Source of the DNA: Octopus sinensis
Taxonomy: Eukaryota
DNA: 64,000 nucleotides
NCBI RefSeq assembly: GCF_006345805.1
Contig: NC_043008.1
Location: 47,058,001-47,122,000 of the forward strand
Direction of reading: 5' to 3'
The position numbers and the translations under genes are program-made. Of this stretch, positions 12,729-23,655 are shown one piece after another. Under the pieces are notes generated by a model. It had not been told where the DNA came from. It made no database searches and saw only the letters and a program-made list of their open reading frames with translations. How positions within the stretch are numbered: position 1 is the first letter of the stretch; each line of letters opens with the position of its first letter.

Positions 12729-13426
12729 CGGAGGTTGGATAAAATAATGGAAACACCTAGCAGCATAGTATCATAATTTTGAAATATCTTTAAAACCGTA
12801 AAAATCTTGTATATTGTGTTATGCTTTTTTTAATTTATTATTAGTGTTGCTTAATATATTTTGCTAAAATTGCTGTTTCTTTTCAGATATCTTCAGAAAA
12901 AGGTAATTAAAATTCATTAAAATGATAGATCTATCGGACTTTCAAAGAGATCAAATTGTTGGTGCTCTTATGGCAGGCGCTAGCGTAATGAAAACAGCAG
13001 AAATGTTTGGTGTATCAAGAAGAACTGTCTCAAATTTTATGACAGCCTTTGAGGAAAGGGGAAAAACTTCTTCGTCGAAACAAAACTCTGGAAGAGAACC
13101 AAAGCATTCAAATAGGGACCATCGGACTCTTACGCGAATTGTTACAACGGATCACAAAATTACTGCAGAGCTTAATGACCACCTCGAGAACCCGGTTTCC
13201 ACAAAAACTGTTCACTGGGAGCTGCACAAAGCAGGATTTCATGAGAGAGCCTCTATCAGAAAACCACTACTTTCAAAAACAAACATCGTAAAGCGTTTAG
13301 AGTGGAGTAAAAACCTACAAAGTTGGTCGCTAGAGCAGTGGAAGAATGTTATTTTCTCGGACCACCGTTCGAGCATACGTGTGGAGACAGCCAAAAGAAG
13401 CATTTGACGCAGACTGCCTTCTTCCA
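12729..13426 (+). mobile_element. Tc1-family DNA transposon, 5' half (left TIR plus truncated transposase ORF 12922-13407)
   Basis: TA + CGGAGGTTGGATAAAATAATGGAAACACC terminus. Paired-like HTH (LSDFQRDQIVG..AEMFGVSRRTVS), GRxPK, RKPLL, and WKNVIFSD (first catalytic D). An out-of-frame YVWRQPKEAFDADCLLP follows, and the rest of the DDE domain is missing. Confidence 0.9.
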
Positions 13427-13545
13427 ATCTATGTGACTGTCTTTTCAGAAAATTGTCTAGTTTAAAAAGCCACATCAGATGCCATGATGATTCTAAGGTG
13501 TAGGTATATGAGGTGGTGGACTCTGAATAAGGAGTAGACAATCAC
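13427..13545 (+). mobile_element. RTE-like LINE 3' end encoding half of a C2H2 finger (second copy ~14883-15001)
   Basis: 13432-13503 reads CDCLFRKLSSLKSHIRCHDDSKV* (C-x3-F-x5-L-x2-H-x3-H), followed by a short 3'UTR and (TACA)n. The clade is an inference. Confidence 0.55.
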
Positions 13546-13585
13546 CATATACATAACTACATACATTCATACATATATAAATATA

Positions 13586-13621
<36 letters not shown>

Positions 13622-14185
13622 TTATATATATATATATGTATATTTATATGTATGCGTTTGTGTGTATCTAGAGAGCAAGAAAGAGTCAGAGAATATATAC
13701 ACACTGACACACACATTATCAGTCGCTTGTAATATGTGACTATACTCTGGTAGCCTGCACCATGCGTTCAGTAGTTATTGTTGGCAACTAATTAACCTTA
13801 ATTAATCTTTAAACTTAGAAGCAGAAATACAACACCCACCCGACCCACTCGCATACACTGTAACTTGTGGAACATGAAGAATTTGTCATGTGGAAGGAGA
13901 GAAGGCCGCACCAGAAATTGGATGATGCTGATTATAAGGTAAATAGTCTGAAGGCTGCACATATGCATGAAAATCGTCCATATACAGGGATTCGACAAAA
14001 TAATGGAAACACCTATGCTGATGTATTTACCTCCCCGTAACTTAGCGATTCAGCATAAGAGCCCGATAGAATAAGTACTAGGCTTACAAAGAATAAGTCC
14101 TGGGGTTATTTGATCGATTAAAGGCAGCACTCCAGCATTGCCGCAGTCAAATGATTGAAACAAATAAAAGGATATAATATATATA

Positions 14186-14882
14186 CGGAGGTTGGATAAA
14201 ATAATGGAAACACCTAGCAGCATAGTATCATAATTTTGAAATATCTTTAAAACCGTAAAAATCTTGTATATTGTGTTATGCTTTTTTTAATTTATTATTA
14301 GTGTTGCTTAATATATTTTGCTAAAATTGCTGTTTCTTTTCAGATATCTTCAGAAAAAGGTAATTAAAATTCATTAAAATGATAGATCTATCGGACTTTC
14401 AAAGAGATCAAATGTTGGTGCTCTTATGGCAGGCGCTAGCGTAATGAAAACAGCAGAAATGTTTGGTGTATCAAGAAGAACTGTCTCAAATTTTATGACA
14501 GCCTTTGAGGAAAGGGGAAAAACTTCCTCGTCGAAACAAAACTCTGGAAGAGAACCAAAGCATTCAAATAGGGACCATCGGACTCTTACGCGAATTGTTA
14601 CAACGGATCACAAAATTACTGCAGAGCTTAATGACCACCTCGAGAACCCAGTTTCCACAAAAACTGTTCACTGGGAGCTGCACAAAGCAGGATTTCATGA
14701 GAGAGCCTCTATCAGAAAACCACTACTTTCAAAAACAAACATCGTAAAGCGTTTAGAGTGGAGTAAAAACCTACAAAGTTGGTCGCTAGAGCAGTGGAAG
14801 AATGTTATTTTCTCGGACCACCGTTCGAGCATACGTGTGGAGACAGCCAAAAGAAGCATTTGACGCAGACTGCCTTCTTCCA
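14186..14882 (+). mobile_element. Tc1 5' half, duplicate copy
   Basis: Nearly identical to 12729-13426; a 1-bp deletion (caaatgttggt vs caaattgttggt) shifts the frame after codon ~11. Confidence 0.9.
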
Positions 14883-15041
14883 ATCTATGTGACTGTCTTT
14901 TCAGAAAATTGTCTAGTTTAAAAAGCCACATCAGATGCCATGATGATTCTAAGGTGTAGGTATATGAGGTGGTGGACTCTGAATAAGGAGTAGACAATCA
15001 CCATATACATAACTACATACATTCATACATATATAAATATA

Positions 15042-15077
<36 letters not shown>

Positions 15078-15147
15078 TTATATATATATATATATATATG
15101 ATAAATCTCTAAACAAGGTATAAACAGTAGCTGCACGACAATGTGAA

Positions 15148-15562
15148 GTATATTTGCCACTTAAATGTGGCTAACCACTAAGGGTGGATGTTGCCGTAGC
15201 TTGTAGCGCCACGAGAACATCTACTCCAGCTGGCTATTGATACACTTTCTATGCTCTATCTATATTTGCTTGTTTACACTTTTTCGAGATCAGTGACTTT
15301 TCTTCACTTGGAAAAAGGATATATATATTTGCATTGGGACCCTTTCGCATCGAAGACCGATGATTGTGCGCTGAAGACAGGTAAATACCCTGATACCCGG
15401 GTCCATGCGTATCACGTCAGGTCAATGATGGGAAGGATGGATTGCCTTTGCAAATACGGGCACAGAAAGTGTCTCAATAACCAGCTGGAGATGTTCTCTG
15501 GGGGTACAAGCTACAGTAGCACCCACCCATAGTGGTTAGCCACATTTAAGTGGCAAATATAC
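15148..15562. mobile_element. Foldback element with ~100 bp inverted arms and a hammerhead-like motif in the spacer
   Basis: Arm 15148-15250 (gtatatttgccacttaaatgtggctaaccact...acactttct) is the approximate reverse complement of 15464-15562. Confidence 0.85.
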
Positions 15563-15565
15563 GTC

Positions 15566-15633
<68 letters not shown>

Positions 15634-16584
15634 CCACAATCTAGGTTAGTTGAAGTATGTTAGTCATATATTTCTACTGCCAAAGGTGAATACACAGCAG
15701 TTACCGAGGAGAATAATTTCTCTCATGGTAAAAAGGTGACAAACATATTCCAACTAATCTAAATTGTGATTATACGTAAACCATGCTTAGCGCCATTACT
15801 CCGATATATATATATATTATATATATATCATCGTGCTTGTGCGTATGTGTGCGTGCATGTGTGTGTTACTTGAGTGTGTGTATGTGCGTCTGTGCACGGG
15901 CTTGTGTGCGAAATATATATGAGCACGCGCGCTATATGTGTAATAGTTAAACATTCAAATGATGTTCAGACACGAAAAAAATAAAACAAAAGTATCAATG
16001 ATGTCAACTCCAAGAGAATTAAAACTTCGTTCGTCATATTTATACTGTTCTCTACTGAATCTAAGTTTGCAAAGCACTGTCTTACCTGCTCAAAATCCTT
16101 TTCCTTATACTTTTTAAAGATTATACAGATGTAATCAAAATATTCAAAACATACATTTATATTAATCTCAAAGAATATGATGCTACATTTCCAGTATTTC
16201 CCAAATTTACGTATTGTTTTCGGTTATATTGTTTTGTTTATTTGGAAGTCTGTGGCACACATTTTACAACGCTTACTAGATATCCTTATAATCAATGAAT
16301 GTAAAAGATAATAGCTTTCTACATTCTCAAACCTAATTTAATTAATTGGCTGAAGAAATGTGACCTATGGAGAGTTCATGTATGTTTATGTGACGTACAT
16401 TATTAGTATGATGACTTCCTAATAAGAATATATACATTAGAGTCGAACACACATACACTTATATACATACATGCAGAAAGGGCGTCTAGTAAAAATATCT
16501 AGATATATATTTATTCTTGTCAAGAGATATCTCTATGTATACATATGGACGGATAGATATAAAGATAGCTAGAAAGGGACACAA

Positions 16585-16661
<77 letters not shown>

Positions 16662-16672
16662 CAGATAGACAG
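16585..16672. repeat. (GATA)n/(GACA)n microsatellite
   Basis: Direct reading. Confidence 0.95.
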
Positions 16673-16809
16673 ACTAAAGGTGAGAGAGAAAGAGATGGAG
16701 ACAGAGAGAGAAACACAAGTCGAAGGCTCTGGCAGTGGCTAGCATGTCTAGTCTATTATTATTTTAAGTTCGTTTCTAAATTGCCAGCTTCTCTTGCACA
16801 CCTTAGCAA

Positions 16810-16844
<35 letters not shown>

Positions 16845-17789
16845 TCACGCCAGACTCTTTATTATTATTACAGAGTGAGAAGGCAGTTCATACCATTAAA
16901 GTGACACCACCCGTCTAATAAGGGTACACAAGGCAAATGCATCGCAAAGAATATGTGCACAACAAGCTAATCTCATTTCAGAACAAATAGAACATGACTT
17001 TGCAGATAGGGCCCAATTAGAATTTGTTTCAGGTCGAGTAGCGCATCCCACTCTAAAGGACCGTGAATAAGGGTTGTTTAAGCTTGATGAACGGACAAAA
17101 TGCATTCTGTCTCTCTTTACGGTTCGTGTCTAAATTACGCCGAGTTCGATTTTGCCTTTCATCCTTTCGGGGTCGACAAAATAGGTATCATTAATCACTA
17201 TGGTAAGCGTGATCATCTTACCCGCCCTCATGAGGTCGACTTTACCTGCAGTTTGGGCAATCGTCTCGTCATGTAGCATACGCTAGGTACACAAGCATTC
17301 ATATTTACACACACACACACACATATATATATGTGTGTGTGTGTGTGTTGTGTGTGTGTGTGTGTGTATACAAAGAGAGAGAAAGAATGAGACCTATGTA
17401 TACACATGCATATGTATGCATGTGTATAGATTAGAAACTGGATACCATAAATATAGAACTGAGCAAACCAGATCATGTTCAAGTGGGAATTAATTTTATT
17501 ATTACTGTTTAAGGAAGTCTATTGCACTGCGTAATCTTTCCAGCAGATCTGTAAACAAAGGTAACGCATGTTTTAAGGTATAAATGCTTTTAAAACCGGT
17601 TTATAGCGGCAATAGTCCCAAATCAGCAGTATATTTTTTTTATAGTTCTCGAACCAATATTTATTGAAAATCTGAGCCACTCACATAAACATTACATCGG
17701 TGTGTATGTATGTGTACATGTATGTGTGTAATACACATATAAAGTCAGAAAGCAAAACAATAGACAAAGAAATTTAACCGGAATCAGGT

Positions 17790-18410
17790 TGCAGAATACA
17801 AAAACATGAGAGAAGGTTCAGTAAATATGGCAGCCACTCCTTCACGAGGAGACATAGATACTTCCTGGAGGAAAATCTGGAGCGAAGAGATTGAATTTAA
17901 CCAAGAAGCTCTGTGCTTGAAGAAATTCGAAGTAATTATTGCCTCTGAATTACACCCAGGTCTTACAGCATGAATGGTCATACATTTCTGATTGTAATCC
18001 CAAACCTTCAGGATGGAAAAGCATCTGGAAGAGACTTGACTGATGGATAGTGCAACAAGAAGATAGCATTCTACCGACCGTATCTTATCAATCTGTACCA
18101 GCAAGTTCTCAATGGGAATAGAAGCATACCACACTGATTATCTCTTACAGAGAGTCGGCTGAGCGCCAAAAGCAGAAACACCCGCATAGGAAAACACTAC
18201 CGGTCAATTTCATGCTAGAAATTAAAGTATAAAATCTATACAGCATGTTGAAGCCTCTTCCTCCAAGACCATCACCACAGCCGAACAAGCAACTGGAAAG
18301 AAGGCAGGATGGGGACGTGCCGAGCAATTTTTGATTAACAAAACTGTTATGTGGCTGAACTACAAGAAAGACTTTGACTCTCCCTTTCACTCATGAATGC
18401 TAGAAGCCCA
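17790..18410 (+). mobile_element. Degraded R4/Dong-like RT fragment
   Basis: Broken frames end in GWGRAEQFLINKTVMWLNYKKDFDSPFHS*MLEA, resembling the QLLI.K..W.DYKKA.DS.PH.W motif of RLE-type LINE RTs. Confidence 0.55.
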
Positions 18411-18419
18411 GTGTTTTAT

Positions 18420-19235
18420 TGAATGCCCACCATGTTTTGCCTCAGCAGTACTCATACCAACATTTGGACTATTTGATTGGACGATTGATGCGATCTGAGT
18501 CATTGATGTTAACCAGCAAACGGAAGTTCCACGTTAACGGAAGAGGCTAACAAGCACACATAAATTCCTCATCATCAACGATGCAAACCTAAAACGAAAA
18601 CTGATTTGAATGACATATGTCCTCTGGGCAACATCTTCTGACCACCAAGTGTCGAAGTGCACTCCGTAACCAAGATGGTGTCCTCATGAGGTGGCAGATA
18701 ACATCTAGAGACTTGGAAAGCAGTTCCCTGAACAGCATTCTTTGTCTTGTAACATCGATTCAGACTGCTTTTCAATGCCATATCGTGTCCCTTCAGCAGG
18801 GTCTTCCAACAACCAACTGTAGTTTTTCAAATAAGCCGTGATCACTCAGCATGCGGCATGTCATTCCTTGATCGACTTTATCGAGATATATCGTATCCAC
18901 ATCTTAGTGGTTCAGCAACTATTTCAGCACCCAGCCATAATGTTGTAAGAGTTGCGTCTGTTGCTTTCTTTCTTTTCGCAAACGATGATGAGTGCCAGTC
19001 AGTAAGTTCTCTTCTTCTGGGAACGTGGTTAGTTTCCTACAGACGAACCGTTCTATTACGTTACTGATACGCGTGATTAGAAAGATAGGCTTGTATATTT
19101 TAGCATCCACTCCGCCAACTCCCTTATGAATAGAGCATATTATTCTCTCCTCCAATTTGCCTGGAAGCTTGCCACTTTCAATGAATCTCTGGAAGAATGA
19201 CTGTAGTGGTTCTGCTAGGCTCGTTTTGTAGATGC
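18420..19235 (-). mobile_element. Degraded CR1-like RT fragment
   Basis: YKPIFLITRISNVIERFVCRKLTTFPEEENLL, QLLQHYGWVLK and DVDTIYLDKVDQG correspond to decayed YRPISL..KV.ER and D.IYLDF.KAFDKV motifs. Confidence 0.65.
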
Positions 19236-19663
19236 ATGCTCACACATACTTATTCGCGAAGCAAATTAATGGCCACTTTGTTGTCTACTTTGTGTATGAG
19301 GAATATATTTGGTGATATTTCAAAGAATCAACACCGTTGTGATTGCGGTATGCCTAAACAAACGTGCAAATGAAGATTACTATGTAATTCGTGCAAAAGT
19401 GAGACAAATCTCTTCTGTTGTGTCCCATTACATTATCCGATTCAGAGCAATGATACTAATGTGTGAGATAGAAATGAAATCAATTGGAAGATGCGAGAGA
19501 TATTCTATAGAAAGATATGATAAACATCTCATTAAAGCCATATGAATGCGTTGGCAGAATTCCAGCATTCTAATTCCGTTTGACTAAGGAATTTCTATTT
19601 TGGAAATTAGGTATTCATACTCGTGTATCAAACCACACACATTCACCTATACAAACGTACACA

Positions 19664-19695
<32 letters not shown>

Positions 19696-20059
19696 TACAT
19701 ACATACATACACACACGCGTGTCTGTGTATTTATATTATATAGAGGATGTGTGTGTGTGCGAGAGAGACAGAAAGAGACGGACAGACACACACACAGACA
19801 AAGGCAGAGAGATAAGTTGGTTTTGAGACAGAACTAAAAGATAGAAATTAGCGAGCATTTTGAAACCGGTCGAATTAGGACTGTTTTCAATATCTGTGTC
19901 ATTTTCCTTTTTTTTTCAGAACTTAATTTGTATTCTCTTATTTTCTGCTTCTTGCATTTCGTATTTTTTTCACATTGCTTGTTATCCACGTTCATATGAT
20001 TCTACAAGATCTCCTCACTGTATTCTTTGTAATTATTCCTTGTAAATTTATCTCACTTT

Positions 20060-20879
20060 CTGGCAAAAATCGAAAGAATCTCAAATATCACGACTAGAGT
20101 TGGAAGTTTCTAAAAGTGCGGCTCATGGAATACATAGTGAAGCCAAGATGCATTTATCACTATAATATATGGGTCCCTTACAAACTCACAGAAAAGAAAT
20201 GCTTGGACTGGTATTCCGCTTGCGATATGCTTTTGAAATGGAATGAAAGCATGCATTTTTATAGAGAATTTGTGATTGGAGATGAAAAAAGGATTGCGTA
20301 CGAAAACGTAGTGCGAAAAAGATCGTGGAGTTTGCGTAAGGGTCCCCGAAAACAGCAACCAAAGACGAATATCCATGCCCGGAAAGCTATGCTTTGTGTT
20401 TGGTGGGATCATAAACGCATTATTTATTACGATCCTCTCACACAAAGAAACAAACTATTAATTCTCATATGTACTGTCGTCAGATGGCTAATTTGAACCA
20501 AAAGATCAAAGAATGTGAGGCCAGAGTGTTCCAAAAAGATAATGCTCGCGTACATGTGTCTTTGAACTTGGCTGTGGTCTCTTACCCCATCCACCACATT
20601 CTCCTGATGTCGCGCCATCCGACTACTACTTGTTTTTGTCTCTACAGAACTCATTGCAAGGAAAAACAGTTAACCATTTAGATGGTGCCAAATGCATCTA
20701 GATAACTTTTTCTGCAAAACCAGTCAAAGTTTATGCTGATGGAATTGTTTACATTACCTGATAGAGGGGGAAAGGTAATTAGTAATAATGGAAATTATTT
20801 CATTGAATAAAATTTATTGAAATGTTAATCATTTTATCCTTTTTATATATTAAAAAAACGCTTTCTGGACAACCTAATA
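20060..20879 (+). mobile_element. Mariner-family transposon remnant (5'-truncated, right TIR + TA)
   Basis: WVPYKL (WVPHEL motif), IVIGDEKRIAYEN, MLCVWWD, FQKDNARVH and PHSPDVAPSDYYLF (YSPDLAP motif). The right end reverse-complements to TTAGGTTGTCCAGAAAG and is followed by TA at 20878-20879. Confidence 0.92.
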
Positions 20880-20929
20880 TGTATATAAGCTATTTAAAGG
20901 CACAATAATGTTTTTATGACCTACCAATA

Positions 20930-21345
20930 GTTTTATATGTTGAAAAGTACTTCAAACATATTCATCATATTAAAGAGATATTGCTGAGATATAAAATCCT
21001 TAACTCACCACTGAACTCCAGAACTGAAATTTTCAGCGGTTGTAAACATATGTCTATGTTCATTTTGAAGAAATGGAAAATTCCGCCTATAACTGATTAA
21101 CTTGGTGGTATCTTACCCAGACTTATCATTTAAGGTTTAAATTTTTACTTTTTACCTATTCGTTTTCCGTTTTTTAAACTTTCACGTTTTCTATACGCTT
21201 CCTTCACAACTTTTCACGTTTCTTGTTTCATTCAATTGTTAATTAATTATGATATGTGGTTCGTGCCTGATGAGTATTTTGAGGTATTTCACTACATATG
21301 AAATTGTTAGCAGCACATAAAAAGCATGTATTGTGTCTATTAAAT
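20930..21345 (+). mobile_element. Penelope-like element 3' end (GIY-YIG tail, 3'UTR, hammerhead-like motif)
   Basis: KEILLRYKILNSPLNSRTEIFSGCKHMSMFIL resembles the PLE C-terminal LN.R.E..S.C.H motif. CTGATGA at 21267 and GAAA at 21300. Confidence 0.6.
21264..21312 (+). ncRNA. Degenerate type I hammerhead-like motif
   Basis: UGC-CUGAUGA-(GUAU..AUAU)-GAAA-UUGU-UA-GCA: intact core and a 3-bp stem I, but a mismatched stem III. Confidence 0.4.
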
Positions 21346-21711
21346 AATACTTATCTCTCCCCAAACGAAGCACGTTTTTGTTGATGTAACCATCACGGAA
21401 TAGTACATTATGTACATGTGTGTGCCTGTGTCTGTATCTCTGTCTGTGTTGAAGTAAATGTATAATGGTGTGTGCGTGTATATGAATATACATGTAGATA
21501 TGTATGTATATAAATAAAGATACATGTGATGCAAAACGTGGAAGGGTGAATAGAAACGGAATCAATATCCTGCTCGTTTTTTTATCGTGAGTTCACATAA
21601 GATCAGTTAGAAAAAGCTTAAGCACGTGTCTTCACAGCATGAAACTATTAGCAGCTCTTACCTTTATGCTGTATGCAGTAAATTATATATATTTCTCACC
21701 GAACAGTACTA

Positions 21712-21805
21712 AACAGACAGACAGACAGACAGACAAACATATAGATAGATAGATTAGATAGATAGATAGGTAGGTAGGTAGATAGATTTATAGATAGATA
21801 GGTAT

Positions 21806-21877
<72 letters not shown>

Positions 21878-21975
21878 GTATATAGATAGATAGGTATATA
21901 GATAGATAGGTAGATAGATAGATAGGTATATAGGTAGATAGGTATATAGGTAGATAGGTAGGTAGGTAGACAGAT
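21712..21975. repeat. Compound (GACA)/(GATA)/(GGTA) microsatellite
   Basis: Direct reading. Confidence 0.95.
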
Positions 21976-22580
21976 AAAAAGACAGACATACATATGCATA
22001 TATGTATTCATATTAATGCATCTTCATGTGTGTGTGTGTCCGTGTTACTCTCTGCCTGTGTATATGCGTGTGCGTGTTGTGTGTGTGTCTGTGTCTTAGT
22101 GAGTTCCAACATATTTATAAACTCCTGTAATACTATTTACCTTACGCCTACATTTTGTTGAAAGCAAAACATTTCTAACTTTCACGTTGTTTTTGAAAAT
22201 ATTATTTTTATCGTTTTCTTATTTTCTCTCCTTTATAATCAGGAGGTAAAAGTAGAAAAGTACTCGATTTCTTTGTAACTGTTTAGTCTTCATAAGTGTA
22301 CATAGCTATTTACATATGTATACATAAATATACACACACGACACACACACATCTGTGTATATATATATATGCCATTTTCTGTGCTATGCGTCTGCTTTGT
22401 CAAAGGCTCTTTTCACAACTATAAATTGCAGGGAGTCCTTTAAATAAACGATTTTGCATATACTTCTTATTTAATGAAGGATGTTTTTGAGGTGACCATT
22501 TTTGTTTTTGTCAATATTATTGTCTCTCTTTCTCCCCCTCTTTCTATCTTTCTCTCTCACTATCTCTCATTCCATCACTT

Positions 22581-22618
<38 letters not shown>

Positions 22619-23469
22619 TCTGTGGTTATCTCCTGTTATCTCTTTTCCTCTCTTTCTTTGGCTAGACATTACAACTGATATATTTATTGTTCAAATATCT
22701 TCTTTTAAAGAATCCATTTTCTTATTCTTATAGAAAAAAGAATTACCACCCATTCTGCGTTTTTAGATAATAACTGCCACATTTGGTCTCACATCAAAGG
22801 AACCATCTCCACTATATCGGAACCATGTGAAAGAACATATGTAACTGTCGTATAATTAGATTGCTTTAAGCTTTATATTTAGTCTGGCAGATTCTATAAA
22901 TATAGATTCGATCTACTTATCTGTTTATGGAAAACAAAATCGTCTACAAAACTGCTGATTAAGTATTCTTTTGAGTTTAAATACTAAGTAAATCTTGTTT
23001 AATCAACCACCATATTATTTCTATTAGAAGACATTAAACGCTGCATTTCTTTTGTGTTCCACCTTTGGTTAAGCTATAAAAATATTAACTCTGATTTTAC
23101 GTTAGATATTTCGCAAATAATGCTTATATTTTTCCACGAGAGAATGTTTATTGTTTTCTTGCTTAACTTATTAAACATTAACAATAACTTTTTAGTTACT
23201 ATCCGTGACTTATTCCTTAAGCATTTTTAGTTAATTTATATAATGAATAATTATAATAACATATTAATAAAATTTTACTAGCGTGTTTTATTAGTGTATG
23301 CTTGCACTGCCCGTAGGATTATTAATTCGAACGCAGTAATAATATTAGTGTTACTGCTTTCTACTAGCTTTATGAAACGCGTTCAGTCATGGGAAATGTA
23401 GCAAATAGGAATGAGGTTTACGAAATTTCTATCGAAAAATGGGAAGTAAATGTCCATTTTAGATTCACC

Positions 23470-23655
23470 TTTTGACATAAGGCCAGCAATTTCAAGGGAA
23501 GGAGTAAGCCGCTTGCATCGACCCCACTGCTCAACTGGCATTTATTTTATTATCCCAGAAATTACGACAGGCAAACACAACCTTGGCGGAATTTGAATCC
23601 AGAACTTATAGTCGGATTACATGCTGCTAAGCATTTTGACCGGCGCCGTAACTAT
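23470..23655 (-). mobile_element. SINE family A copy (degraded)
   Basis: aaggccagcaattt..catcgacccc..ggcggaatttgaa..gctaagcatttt is the reverse complement of the family A motifs. Confidence 0.8.

Larger units (their letters stand above)
12165..15075. repeat. Tandem duplication, two ~1457 bp units bounded by (TA)n/(TACA)n
   Basis: 12181 aligns to 13639, 12528 to 13985 and 13239 to 14695. By eye only one 1-bp indel and about two substitutions differ outside the microsatellites. Confidence 0.95.
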
